From the NCBI GenBank assembly GCA_963771175.1, contig CAVYSY010000002.1:32001-96000 (forward strand): a stretch of DNA of 64,000 nucleotides, given 5' to 3'. Shown here piece by piece: positions 1-16,169 of the stretch; position 1 is the first letter of the stretch, and every line of letters starts with the position of its first letter. The notes beneath the pieces were generated by a model. The model was given only the letters and a program-made list of their open reading frames with translations. It made no database searches and was not told the DNA's origin. The position numbers and the translations under genes are program-made. The DNA comes from an uncultured delta proteobacterium. GTDB taxonomy: Bacteria > Myxococcota > Myxococcia > Myxococcales > Myxococcaceae.

Positions 1-576
<576 letters not shown>

Positions 577-715
577 TCAACGCCGGATTGACTCTGGCGT
601 CGGACAGTGTCCCCTCCCCTGCCTTCCAGGCCCCCGCAACGGCGAGGGCCGCCTCGCCCGGGGAGTTCCGGGACGATGCGGCCCTCTGGGCACTCCCTCG
701 GGGAGCGCGCGACGA

Positions 716-1369
716 CTAGGCCTGGCCCAGCGTCTTGGCGACCTCGGCGGCGAGGTCGTCCTTCTTCTTCTCGATGCCCTCGCCCACCTCGTAGCGGACG
801 AAGCGGCGCACGGCGACCTTCTCGCCGATCTTCGCGGCGCGCTCGGTGATCATCTCGCCGATCTTCTTCTTGTCGTCCTTCACCCAGAGCTGGTCCACGA
901 GGCACACCTGCTCGAAGTACTTCTCCACCTTGCCCACGAGGATCTTGTCCCACATGGCCTCGGGCTTGCCCTGCTGCTGGAGCAGCGCGCGCTGGATCTC
1001 CTTCTCCTTCTCCAGCTGCTCGGCGGGGACCTCCTCGCGGCGGACGTACTTGGGGCTGGCCGCGGCGACCTGCATGGCCACGTCCTTCACCAGGTCCTGG
1101 AAGTCGGTGTTGCGGGCGACGAAGTCCGTCTCGCAGTTGACCTCGACGATGACGCCGATGCGGCCACCGTGGACGTAGGTGCCGACAAGGCCCTCGGCGG
1201 CCACGCGGCCCTCCTTGCTACCGGCCTTGGCGATGCCCTTCTTGCGCAGCCACTCCTCGGCCTTGACGAAGTCGCCACCGGTCTCGCCGAGCGCCTTCTT
1301 GCAGTCCATCATGCCCGCGCCGGTCTTCTCGCGGAGCTCCTTCACCATCGAGGCGCTGACCTCGGCCAT
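716..1369 (-). CDS. tsf: Translation elongation factor Ts (short form)
   Basis: Intact 217-aa ORF with VKELREKTGAGMMDCKKAL and EVNCETDFVA. Confidence 0.98.
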   Translation of the reverse strand: MAEVSASMVKELREKTGAGMMDCKKALGETGGDFVKAEEWLRKKGIAKAGSKEGRVAAEGLVGTYVHGGRIGVIVEVNCETDFVARNTDFQDLVKDVAMQVAAASPKYVRREEVPAEQLEKEKEIQRALLQQQGKPEAMWDKILVGKVEKYFEQVCLVDQLWVKDDKKKIGEMITERAAKIGEKVAVRRFVRYEVGEGIEKKKDDLAAEVAKTLGQA

Positions 1370-1444
1370 GTTCGTCTCCAGGGGCCCTCTCCGAGCGGCG
1401 GGCGCCGGGCGGGGCGTTCAGTTTTGAAGGTACTGCCAGGGTTG

Positions 1445-1482
1445 AAAAGGAAAAGCCGGGCTGCGACATGCGCCGCCCGGCT
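1445..1482 (-). terminator. Intrinsic terminator/attenuator between rpsB and tsf
   Basis: Minus strand AGCCGGGC...GCCCGGCT stem followed by TTTTCCTTTT. Confidence 0.65.
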
Positions 1483-1515
1483 GGACTTCATCGCGCCCCG
1501 AGGAGCGCGGCGGCG

Positions 1516-2476
<961 letters not shown>

Positions 2477-2483
2477 TTCGGTT

Positions 2484-2562
2484 CTTCCTCCACGTCCGTG
2501 GATCATTCCGGTCGCGGCCTCCCGAGGGAGGCACCGAGGACCGGCACGGGGCGTGTGCGTAG
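2484..2562 (-). ncRNA. rpsB 5' leader (t44-like S2 autoregulatory RNA)
   Basis: Minus strand ACGCACACGCCCCGTG-CCGGTC-CTCGGTGC-CTCCCTCGGGAG-GCCGC-GACCGG...CACGGACGTGGAGG: nested stems with the CACAC, CGGTGC and TGGAGG elements typical of rpsB leaders, directly 5' of rpsB. Confidence 0.75.
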
Positions 2563-2728
2563 TAGGTTGACTGAAACAACGAACCCGTCACCAGATGTAG
2601 GCAGGTAACGGGCGCGCTTCTCGTCAACAGAACCCCTCCGGGCGGTGCAAGCTTCGCTACGCCCGGTGAAGGGTGGAGGACGGGTGCCGGGCGGCCGGGG
2701 AATCCGGCGCCCGGTCAACCGTGAAGAC

Positions 2729-5578
<2,850 letters not shown>

Positions 5579-5756
5579 GTGATTCTCGCACTCTCTGCGC
5601 CCGAGAATCCGCGAAGGCGAAGCGGCGAGTGAAGGGAAATCCCTGGAGTGTAGGTGGGATGCAGGAAGGAAACCAGTGTGTTTCCCCCACGTCATTCCAC
5701 TTGGCAGGCTGCCGTCCGCGCGGCAGGACAGAGTAAAGCGGAACCGAGACCAAGCA

Positions 5757-6926
5757 ATGCCCTCCCGTCGAAAAGATGAACGGCGCCCTACCCGGCGCCC
5801 CGCTCCCCGCCCGCAGCAAGAAGGGCGCGTCCTCCCGGGGTCCGAAGCAACCCACCACCCCGCTCCCTCCCATCCCGCCTCGGGTGAAGCCGCCCCCCAT
5901 CCCGGCGGACACCCTCCCCGCCACAACCCGGGCGGTGGCTGTGGACTTGCCGCGCCGGCTTCGAGCCGCACCTCTTCGAGGAGCTGGCGTGGGCGGGTGC
6001 CTCCCCTCGCATGCTCGGTGAGGTGCTGGTGGAGAGCGAGAAGCGCCCGGCCGAACCGCCCGTCTTCGCCCGCACGGGCATCCGGGTGATGGCCTCCTTT
6101 GATGCCGAACAGACGCCCGAGCAGCTCGCGGAGTCCATCGCGGCCCGGGTGAGGGAGTCGGTGCCCTCCGGCTCGCTCGTGCTCCAGGCGTTCACCCCCG
6201 ACAGCCCGGCGGGCAACCGCCTGGCCGACGAGGCGGATTCCCTGCGGAAGCCGTGCGGACCCGACTGCCCAAGGAGCGGCTGCTGGAGGAGACGTGGCGC
6301 GCCCGCGAGGCCGGGGCGATGCTCGTCGAGCTGTGCGTGGCGCCCGGGGTGGTGATGGTGGGCTCCGTGCCGGCCCGCGAGGCCCTCTCCCTGTCTCCCG
6401 GCGGACGCCAGCGCATGCGGCGCCCGGGTGACGCCGCCCTCGCGCGCGGCGATGAAGCTGGAGGAGGCCCTCATCGACCTCCCCTTCGAGCCAGGACGAG
6501 GCGAGGTGTGCGTCGACCTCGGCGCGGCGCCGGGCGGGTGGACGCAGCGGCTGATGGCGCGCGGCGCGCGGGTGATCGCCGTGGACCCGGCGAAGCTGCT
6601 GCCGGAGCTGGCCGACAGCGCGCGCGTGCGAGCACGTCCAGGAGAGCGCCTTCGCCTACGCGCCCGGAGGAGCCGGCCGACTGGCTCTTCTGCGACATGG
6701 CCTGGCGGCCGCTCGAGGTGGCGCAGCTGCTGGCCAAGTGGGGCCGGCGCGGCTGGGCGCACGCACCTGGTGGCCAACATCAAGCTGCCCATGAAGGACA
6801 AGAACCCCATCCTCGTGCGCGTGCGCCACATCCTCACCGAGGACGGCGGCTGGCAGGGCCTGCACCATGCGGCAGCTCTACCACGACCGCGACGAGGTGA
6901 CGGTGACCGCCCACCGGACGCTCTAA
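5757..6926 (+). CDS. rlmM: 23S rRNA C2498 2'-O-methyltransferase RlmM-like (indels)
   Basis: PSRAAMKLEEA, VDLGAAPGGWT, VIAVDPA, DWLFCDMAWRP, ANIKLPM and LYHDRDEVTV motifs. Confidence 0.85.
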
Positions 6927-6958
6927 CTCCTCCCCCTCGCCGCGCTCAAGGAGCGGCC

Positions 6959-7649
6959 ATGCCCTACGCCATCGACGAAACCCGGCCACCGCCCTGGTGG
7001 CCCTCTACCCGCGACTGCGTGCAGCGCTCGCGCGAGCCGGTGACAGGTCGCGCTCAACGCCTGCTCGACGAGGAGCACGCGCGCCGCGGCGCCCCGGACG
7101 CGACCGGCGCGCTCAACCCGCTCGCCCTGCCGCAGGGCACGCTGCTCAAGGAGGAGTTCGATCTCTCCACGCACGCGCACCACGAGGGCTGGCGGTGGGC
7201 GCGCTCATCGTGGACGTGAAGGGGATGATTCACGTCAACGCGCGCCACGGCTTCCCCGCGGCGACGCGCTGCTGCGCGCCGTGGTGGCCTCGCTCCAGGC
7301 GCAGCTTCCCCGGCGCGAAGCTGGTGCGCCTGCACGGGGACAACTTCGCCGCGCTGCTCGTGCCCACCTCGGGGCTGTCGGTCGCGGAGGAGCTGCGCGA
7401 GCCCACCCGGGCCCGGCTCGTGGCGGACGCTCGCGCCGCGCTGCCCGAGGGCGCCGAGGCCCCGGACTTCACGCTCGCCCTGCTGGACCTCACGCATCGA
7501 GCAGCCCACCGCACTGGCAGGTGCTGGGGCCGCTGGTGTGGGCGGAGCTGGAGCGCGCCTACACCCTGGAGCGGATGGGGAGCGCCGGGGGCCTTCAGCG
7601 CCGGCGACTCGAGCTCGGGGGCTTCGTCCCCGGCCCCACCGAGCCCTGA
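6959..7649 (+). CDS. Degenerate GGDEF-domain protein (indels)
   Basis: DATGALN, LIVDVKGMIHVNARHGF, and RLHGDNFAALL, where HGDNF replaces GGDEF. Confidence 0.75.
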
Positions 7650-7658
7650 AAACGCGAA

Positions 7659-7690
7659 AGGGGCGAGGGCTCTCGGCCCTCACCCCTTCA
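7659..7690. terminator. Hairpin between convergent genes
   Basis: AGGGGCGAGGGC-TCTCG-GCCCTCACCCCTT inverted repeat. Confidence 0.5.
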
Positions 7691-7727
7691 CTCGCATCAG
7701 CCTGGGAGGCGCGCTCCCAGGGACGGC

Positions 7728-8650
7728 TTACTCCTCGAGGATGAACTTGCGCGGGTTCTGCGGGATGCCGTTGACGCGCACCTCGTAGTGCAGGTGCGGT
7801 CCGGTGGAGCGGCCGGTGTTGCCCACCGCGCGCGATCTGCGCGCCGCGCTTCACCCGGTCTCCCGCCTTCACCAGCGATCTTCGACAGGTGGCCGTAGCG
7901 CGTCTTGATGCCGTAGCCGTGGTCGATGACGATCACGTTGCCGTAGCCGCCCTCGAGCCCCGCGAAGACCACCGTGCCGTCCGAGGGGGCGATGACCTCC
8001 TTGCCGTGCGGGGCCGCGATGTCCAGACCGCCGTGCATCACGCGCTCCGCCGTGTACGGGTCCAGCGCGCTGGCCGAAGTCGCTGGTCACCCAGCCGCGC
8101 GCCGGCCAGATGGACGGCGTGGAGGCCAGCAGCGACTTCTGGTCCTGGAAGTAGGCCTGCAGCTCCTGGAGGCTCTGCTCCTGGCGGGTGGCCTCGGCGC
8201 TCAGCCGGTCCAGCCGGCCCGCCAGCGCCTGGGGCGATCTCCTGCTGGTGAGCTGGGTGAACTGCGGTCTCGCGCCGCGGGAGCGCTGGCGCCTGGCGCC
8301 GGCTCGGTCGGGCCCATGGCCAGGTTGCGCTGCGGATCGATCAGCAGCGTCACCGCGCGCAGCTTCTGGTCGAAGCGCTCGACGCGGTCCAGCGTCGAGC
8401 CGATGTGCTCGATGCGCTCGCGCACCGTCTTGAGCTGGCTGCGCAGGGTGAGGTTCTCCTCGCGCAGAATGCGGTTCTCCGCGGCGTCCTGGGCCACCAG
8501 GAAGTAGTGGAGCGGTGGCCCCGAGGGCCAGTCCGGCGAGCAGCAGGACGCCCACCGCCCACCTGCAGGAGGAGGACTTCTGGATGCGATAGCGCCGGAC
8601 CGGCGAGTCGTGGTCCGGAACCAGATCAGGGTGTAGGACTTGTTCGCCAT
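7728..8650 (-). CDS. M23 family metallopeptidase with N-terminal membrane anchor and coiled coil (indels)
   Basis: MANKSYTLI start; [41 protein letters not shown]. Confidence 0.92.
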
Positions 8651-8929
8651 CGCAATGCCGGCTCCCTTCAGTCGCCTCAGCGCTCCGGCGTGCGACACTC
8701 GGGCGCGAGAACCTAGGTCGTCGCCCGCGCGCCCAGCATCTCCCCCCGCCCGCGCCGTCCACCCATACCGTCACCCACCGGCATCTCGAAGCACGCCAGA
8801 ATGCGTTGTGGGCAGCTTCCACCGGACTTCTGGCAAGGTGTCAAGCAATGACACATGACATCCCAACGTCCCACGTGTGCACCCCGTGGAACAATTCCAG
8901 CGCGCCCGGCTCCGGGGCGCGTTGGTCTC

Positions 8930-9692
8930 CAGGTGCGACGTCTGCACCACGATGACGGTGATGTTGTCGTCGCCGCCGCGCTCGTTGGCCAGGTCGATGA
9001 GGCGCTGGGGCACGTCCGTCGAGCGGCCACTGGCGGACCACCTCGAGCAGCTCCCGGTCCTCGACCATGTTGGCCAGCCCGTCCGAGCAGAGGACGAAGG
9101 TGTCGCCCGGCTCGCGCGACCAGGCCCATCACGTCGACCTGGACCTCCTCCTCGAAGCCCACCGAGCGGGTGATGATGTTCTTGTAGCGGGAGTGCTTGG
9201 CCTCCTCGGGGGTGATCATCCCCGCCTTGATCTGCTCGTTGACCAGGGAGTGGTCCTCGCTGATCTGCTGGATGAGGTCGCCGCGGACGAGGTAGGCGCG
9301 GCTGTCACCCACGTGGGCGAAGAAGGCGTTGTCGTCCTTCACCACCAGGGAGATGACGGTGGTGCCCATCCCGGCCAGGCGCGGGTCCTCCTGGGCGGCG
9401 GTGTAGATGGCCGCGACAGGCCTGCTCCACCGCGCGGCGCAGGGCCTCGGGCAGCGGCGAGTCCTGCAGGGTGGCGGTGGAGACGAAGGGATTGTCCCCG
9501 ACCGTCCCGCGCCCGGCGCAGCTCCTTGTCGATGGTCTCGACCGCGATGCGGGAGGCGGTACCGCCGCCGGCGTGGCCACCCATGCCGTCGGCGACGACG
9601 TAGAGCTGCAGCTCGTCGTCGATGAGGAAGCTGTCCTCGTTGTGGTTGCGCTTGCGGCCGACATCGGTGAGGCCGGCCGAGACGACCTTCAT
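8930..9692 (-). CDS. pph1: PP2C/Stp1-type Ser/Thr protein phosphatase (Pph1-like); 3' end uncertain because of indels
   Basis: TDVGRKRNHNEDSF, VVADGMGGHAGG, GMGTT, AHVGDSRAY, NIITRSVG, GGDDNITVIVV. Confidence 0.88.
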
Positions 9693-9803
9693 CGTGGGCC
9701 GGCGGGCTGGCCCGCGGTGCTGGACACGGTGCGGGATGACTAAGTGAGTGGCCGGGCGGCGGCAAGGAGCCAGCGGTGCCCCGGCGTCGAAAACGGACGG
9801 CGC

Positions 9804-11600
9804 TCAGCGGCGCGGCGCCTCGGGGCGCGACCCTCCCGGGCGGCCAGGGCCCGGCGGACCGCCCGGCCCGGGGGGGCCGGACGCGGCGGTGCTGCGCCGC
9901 GCGCACCAGCGCCTCGGCCGCCCCCAGCGCCTCGCGGGTGACCTCGGACCCCGGAGAGCATCCGCGCCAGCTCCCGGGTCCGCTGCGATCCGGCCTCCAG
10001 CGGCCACCACCTCGGAGACGGTGCGCCCGTCCTCGCAGCGCTTCTTCGACGAGCAGGTGCGCGTCCGCGTGGGCCGCCACCTGCGGCAGGTGGGTGATGC
10101 ACAGCACCTGGCGGTGCCCGCTCACGTCCCGGATCATCCGCCCCACCACGTCCGCGACCGCGCCGCTCACGCCGGCGTCCGCCTCGTCCAGGACCTACGC
10201 AGCCGCAGCCGTCGCGCCGGCCAGGACGCCCGCTTGAGGGCCAGCAGCAGGCGCGACGCCTCGCCGCCGCGAGGCCACCTTGGCCAGCGGCCGCGGCGGC
10301 TCGCCGGGGTTGGCGCTGAAGAAGAACTCCACCTCGTCCAGGCCCTCGGGCTCGCGCAGGGTGCCGCGGCGTCGACCCGGACCTCGAAGGCCGGCCTTGC
10401 CCAGCGCCAGCGAGCGCGAGCCCCTCGCGCACCTCGCGGCGTCGAAGTCCTGCGGCGCACGCGCTCTCGCGCCCGCGGTGAGGGCCTGCGCCGCTGCGCG
10501 CGCGCCGCGCGCCTCCGCCTGGCGCCGCTCGGCCTCCAGCGCGGCCGAGCACCTCCTGCCGGTTGTCCAGCGTGGAGAGCTCCGCGCTCCAGCGCCTCGC
10601 GCCGCGCGAGCACGCCGTCCAGCGGCGTCGGTCGCGTGCTTGCGGCACAGCCGCTTGAGGCGATCCAGCCGCTCGTCCACCTCGGCGAGCCGCGCCGGGA
10701 TCGGCCTCCAGCGCCGCGCCACGTAGCGCGCCGAGGCCGCCGGTCCGCCTCCTCCAGCTCGGCGAGCGCGGCCGGCCAGGCTCGTGCGCCAGCGGGCGCG
10801 AGCGAGGCGTCCAGCTTCGCCGCCTCGTGCGACGCAGCGCCAGCGCCCGGCCCACGGGCTCCAGCGCGCGCTCGCCGGTCCTCACCAGCCGCAGGAGCGC
10901 CTCCGCCTCGGCAGCCTGGCGCCGCAGCTCTCTCCAAGCCCGCCAGCCGCCTCCGCTCCTCCTCCAGCGCGGCCTCCTCGCCCGGCACCGGGCTCGACGC
11001 GCTCGATCTCGTCCAGCTGGAAGCGCAGGAACTCGGCGCGCTCGGCGCAGCCGCGGCCTCGTCCCCGCCCAGCGCCTCCATGCGCGCCTGCACGTGCCGC
11101 CAGCGGCCGCGTAGTCGCGCGCGGTACGCGGTGAGCGCGCCGCCCACGCCGCCGTAGCGGTCCAGCAGCGCGCGGTGCAGCGCGGCGTCGAAGAGGCCCA
11201 CGTGCTCGTGCTGGCCGGCGATGTCCACCGCGCCGCGCATCAGCCGCGCCGAGCACGCCCACCGTGACCAGCGCGCCGTTGACGTGCGCCTTGCCGCGCC
11301 CGGCGCGCCCCACCACCCGGCGCAGCACCACCTCCTCGCCCGAGGTCCGGCAGCCCCAGCGCCTCGAGCCGCGCGGCCAGCCCCGGGGTGCGCTCGAAGA
11401 CGCCCTCCACCACGGCCTCGTCGCAGCCGGCGCGGATGCACGTCCGCATCCGCGCGCCCGCCCAGCAGCAGCCCGAGCGCGTCCACCAGGATGGACTTGC
11501 CCGCCCCGGTCTCGCCGGTGAGCACGGTCAGGCCGGGCCCGAACGCCACCTCCACCTCCTCGATGACCGCGACGTTCGAGATGCGCAAGCCCAGCAGCAC
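9804..11600 (-). CDS. recN: DNA repair protein RecN (many indels)
   Basis: [65 protein letters not shown]. Confidence 0.93.
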
Positions 11601-11773
11601 GGTGCGCCTCCGTTCGCCGCATTCGGGCCTGGACACCTGAACAGCTAGCAGTGGCCTCTGACACTGCACAAGCGTTCAGCCGGCCCGACGTGGGCTCGAG
11701 CGGCAGGGCTCGGACGCACGGAGCGGCGGAGGTGAGCAGTCGGACTCTCGTGTAGCTCCTCCGGGGGAGGGGC

Positions 11774-14700
11774 TCACTCGCCGGCGGAAGAGGTCCTCGA
11801 CGTCCTGCTCGGTGAGCACCTTGCCGAAGTCCGCGTCCGCGCCGAGCACGCCCTCGGCGAGCTCCTTCTTGCGCTGCTGCAGGCTGAGGATCTTCTCCTC
11901 CACCGTGCCGCGGGTGATGAGCTTGTAGGCGATGACCGCGCGCGTCTGGCCGATGCGGTGCGTGCGGTCGGTGGCCTGGTCCTCGACGGCCGGGTTCCAC
12001 CACGGGATCGTAGTGGATGACGTAGTCGGCCGCGGTGAGGTTGAGGCCGGTGCCGCCCGCCTTGAGGCTGATGAAGAAGAGCGGCGGACCGTCCGGGTCG
12101 GTTGAAGTCGTCCACCCGCGCCATGCGGTCCTTGGTGCGGCCGTCGAGGTAGAGGTAGCTGCAGGCCCTTCTGTCCGCCGCGCCTGCTTGAGCAGCTCCA
12201 GCATCTCGGTGAACTGGCTGAAGACGAGCGCGCGGTGGCCCTCGGCGACGAGGTCCGTCCACCAGCTCGCCGAAGCGCTCCAGCTTCGCGCTGCCGGGCA
12301 GCAGCGTGCCCGGGGGCATCTTGAGCAGGCGCGGGTCGCAGCACACCTGCCGCAGGCGCATCAGCGCCGCGAGGATGGAGACGCGGCTGCGCTTGAAGCC
12401 CACCTTCTCGATGGTCTCGTTCACCTTGCGGCGGCTCTCCTCGAGCACCTCGCGGTAGAGCGCGGCCTGGCCGGGCTCCATCTCGCAGCAGGCCACGCGT
12501 CTCCGTCTTGGGCGGCAGGTCCTTGGCCACCTCCGTCTTGAGGCGGCGCAGGATGAAGGGCTGGATGCGGCGGCGCAGGCGCTCGCGCACGGCGCCGTCG
12601 TTGGCCACCTGGATGGGCTGCTCGTAGCGCTCGCGGAAGCCGCTCGGCGCTGCCGAGGAAGCCGGGCATCAGGAAGTCGAAGAGGCTCCAGAGCTCGGAG
12701 AGCCGGTTCTCCAGCGGCGTGCCGGTGAGCGCGAGCCGGTGGTCGCTGGGCAGCGACTTGCACGCCTGCGCCGTCGCGCTGTCCGCGTTCTTGATGTTCT
12801 GCGCCTCGTCGAGGATGACGTAGCGGAAGCCCACCTCGCTGAGCGCCTCGAGGTCGCGACGCACCAGCGCGTAGGAGGTGAGCACGAGGTCCGCGCCCTT
12901 GAGGTCCTCGACGCGCTCGCTGCGGTCCTGCCCGTGCCACATCAGCGTCTTGAGGCCCGGGGTGAAGCGCTCGGCCTCGCGCTCCCAGTTGGCGAGCACG
13001 CTGGTGGGGGCCACCACGAGCGAGGCTTGCGGCCCTCGTCGTTGCGCACCTTCTGCAGCAGGGCCAGCGCCTGGACCGTCTTTCCCAGACCCATGTCGTC
13101 CGCGAGGATGCCGGCCAGCCCGTGGCGGTGGAGGAACCACAGCCAGGACGAGGCCCGCCTCCTGGTAGTGGCGCAGCGTGGCGCTGAGTCCCTCGGGGAG
13201 GCCCACCTGGGCACGCCACTGGTGTCGCGCAGCTCGCGCATGGCCTTGCGCGCCTTGGCCTCCACCTCGGTGAACTCGCCGAGCTCGGCCAGCAGGTCCA
13301 GCGCCACGGCCTGGTGCAGCGGCAGGCGCGTGCGCTGCGGCCGGGAAGCGCACCGGCCTCCTCGAGCAGGTCCGCGGCGCGCTTGAGCTCCGCGCGGTCC
13401 GCCTCGGCGAAGGTGCCGTCCTTGAGCGGGATGAAGCGGCGGCCCGAGTCGAGCCACATGCGCACCGCGCCCAGGTCCACCGCTGCTCGTCGGTCTCGAA
13501 CTCGGCGTCCAGCTCGAACCAGCTCACCCCGCTCATGCCCACGCGGATGCGCGGACGCAGCTTGGGCCGCATCCGCACCTTGGGCGCCTGCACGCCGAAG
13601 CGCTCCCAGTCGCTCGGGCAGCGAGGCGAGCCCGCGCGCCCAGAACTCCACCGCGCGCGTCGCCCGCGGCCTCGTAGGCGCTGGCGTGGCCGTCGTAGCG
13701 GAAGCCCAGCTCCACGCAGGAGCTTGCCCGCGGCCGCGCTCCGCCTCCTCGTGGCGACGGTAGAGCTTGCGGCCCTCGGCACCCACGCCGCTGGCGTAGC
13801 CCAGGTGCACGGCGGTCGGGGACACCGGCACGGTGGTCTGCCCGTAGCGCGCGGCGAGCTGCGCCCGCACGCTTCTCCGGCGTGCCCTCGAGCGTGAGCA
13901 CGAAGCGGGGCTCCACGGACTCGTCCACGTCGAGGTCGTCCGCCTTGAGCGCCATGCGGAAGCGCGGCAGGTGGGCGGCGAAGAACGTGAGCACGCGGTC
14001 CAGCTGGCCCGCGGGGAAGGCCATGGTCGGCTCGAGCAGCCACTTGCGCAGCAGGCGGGGCGGGAGGTCCGGCTCCACCGCGTGGAGCGTTCTGCCCGGC
14101 GAGGACGCACGTGCCGCCGCCCGGCGAGCAGGATGACGTCCTTGAGCGGCCAGGCTCGTCGCCGTCCGGGAAGAGCAGCTCGATGCGCGGCGGAGCGCGC
14201 CGTCCGGGCGGGACTCGAGGTGGATCTGCGGCCGCGCCGGCTCGTCCGAGAAGAGCAGCGCGGTGCCGCGGTAGATGACGCGGCGCTGGCGCAGCAGCTC
14301 GAGCAGCGTCGCACCAGGTCCTCGTCGGAGAGGACGATGCGCGAGTCGTAGCGGTGCTCGTGCTTGGCGAGCATGCTGGAAGACGCGCTCGTCGGCCGGC
14401 GCGATGCGGGTGCCGGCCTGGAGCAGCGCGCTTGACGTGCACCGGGCCCCTTCACCTGGGCGTCCTGGCGGCGCACGTCCACCACCCAGTGGCGGTCCGC
14501 CGCGCCCGGTGCCCGAGGGCGTGAGCCGGTAGAGGAACTCGTAGTCCGGCAGGGAGGAGAGGCCCAGCCAGCTCTCCAGCTTGGCGAGCGCCGGGCAGGC
14601 TCACCGGGTCGCCCAGGGAGGTCCGCCATGGGGACGGGCTCCTCGGAGTCGGCGGTCGTCTCCTCGTCTGGCGGGAACTCGGGCGCGGCGGCGGCAGGCG

Positions 14701-15089
14701 CGGCGGCTGGCCTCGGGGCAGCGGCAGGCGCGGCGGCCGCCGCGGCGGCGTTCATGGAGGCACGCAGGCGCGCCGCGTAGACGAGCGCCGCGGCCACTAC
14801 GTGCTTGCAGTGGGGCCCCGAGACGCTCCAGGACGCACAGGTGCACTTGGAGGTGGCTTTGCCATCTGCCCACCTCGATTGCGACCTCGTAGCGCTCCTC
14901 GCTCGGGGAGGAACCGGCCACCTGGGCGCGAATGAGGTTGCCCTCTCGTTGGAGCCCGAAGACGCGGCGGGTCTCCGCGACCTCGCGGCCCTTCTGGAAG
15001 GTGGTGGGCGGAACCTCTGCCTTGAGGGCGCGCAGCCACTGCCCATCAGGCGGGAAAGGGGCTTCTCGTGTATCGGCGATGGAGGGCAC
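11774..15089 (-). CDS. SWIM zinc finger + SNF2-family helicase (many indels)
   Basis: CTCASW...HCKHVVAA (SWIM); [68 protein letters not shown]. Confidence 0.93.
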
Positions 15090-15251
15090 GTTCTCGCAAG
15101 TCCCTTGGGACCCCCCGGTAGGAGGGGAATCCGGTCGATTACCACAGACGGGGCATCCGCCGCCGTGGGAAAAATGAATGGAGAGGGCCGGGCGTCGGTC
15201 GCTCGGTCATCCACCGCACGGCTCGCACCTATGCGAGCATCGGCGGTCAAA

Positions 15252-15449
15252 ATGGAACGCTCCACCCTCGCCCGAGTTTTCGTCACACGACAACTCCCCG
15301 GAGCCGCGCTCGCCCGGCTGGCCGGACAGGTCTCACTCCGCGTACGGGAGGAGCCGCTGCCTCCCCCACGGGAGGTGTTGCTGGCCCAGGCCCGGGAGGT
15401 GGAGGGGCACAAGCATCCCCATTTCGTCAACCCGGAGTTCTTCCCATGA
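15252..15449 (+). pseudogene. Internally deleted D-2-hydroxyacid dehydrogenase (glyoxylate reductase-like) remnant
   Basis: N-terminus RVFVTRQLPGAALARL...LPPPREVLLAQAREVEG joined directly to a typical family C-terminus PHFVNPE; only about 65 codons. Confidence 0.65.
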
Positions 15450-16010
15450 GCCACCCCCCTCCCCTCTTCATCCCCGGCCACGACTCCAACCTCCTCGAGG
15501 ACGTGAAGGCGCGCATCCGCGACGTGTCGGACTTCCCCAAGCCGGGCATCCTCTTCAAGGACGTGACGCCGGTACTGGCGGACCCGCACCTCTTCGGGCG
15601 GGTGGTGAACGCGATGGCGGCGCCCTTCCGCGGCCGGCACATCTCCGAAGGTAGTGGGCGTGGAGGCGCGCGGCTTCCTGCTGGGGGCCCCCATCGCCCT
15701 CGCGCTGCACGCGGGTTTCGCGCCGGCGCGCAAGCCGGGGAAGCTGCCCTACAAGGCGGTGACGGAGCGCTACGCGCTGGAGTACGGCTCCGACGGGCTG
15801 CAGCTCCACGAGGACGCGGTGGGGCCCGGGGACCGGGTGCTCATCGTGGACGACCTGCTGGCCACCGGCGGCACGGCCGAGGCCACTGCGCGGTTGGTGA
15901 CGAAGCTCGGCGGCGAGGTGGTGGGCTTCTGCTTCCTCATCTCGCTCGACTTCCTCCCCGGTCGCGAGCGCCTGGGCCGCGAGAAGGTCTGCGCGCTCAT
16001 CTCCTACTGA
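15446..16010 (+). CDS. apt: Adenine phosphoribosyltransferase (one indel near 15650)
   Basis: [47 protein letters not shown]. Confidence 0.96.
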
Positions 16011-16109
16011 GCGGCCCGGCATCGGGCCATCACGCCAGCTGCCACGGCTGGCAGGCACTGACAAGTCCGCCCTCCGAATAGCCCCACGAACAGAACCCCG
16101 TGGTCCGGG

Positions 16110-16154
16110 TTGACGCCGCTCGTCGGCGGTCTTATAAGTTGGTTAACCAACCTA
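16110..16154 (+). promoter_or_regulatory. Sigma70-type promoter with overlapping TetR-type operator
   Basis: TTGACG (16110), 17-bp spacer, TATAAG (16133); perfect palindrome GTTGGTT/AACCAAC at 16138-16151. Confidence 0.75.
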
Positions 16155-16169
16155 GAAACGGAGCCACTG

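Noticed and set aside
8838..8862. TGTCA/TGACA repeats upstream of the M23 peptidase
   Set aside because: Could be a -35 element plus binding site, but the -10 is poor and the motifs are too short to support a call.
14680..14755. GCGGC-rich repeats
   Set aside because: They encode an Ala/Pro linker in the SWIM-SNF2 protein; ordinary low complexity.
11774..15733. 1319-aa ORF as one giant protein
   Set aside because: It threads through indel-shifted pieces of the SNF2 gene and antisense of apt; not a coherent protein.
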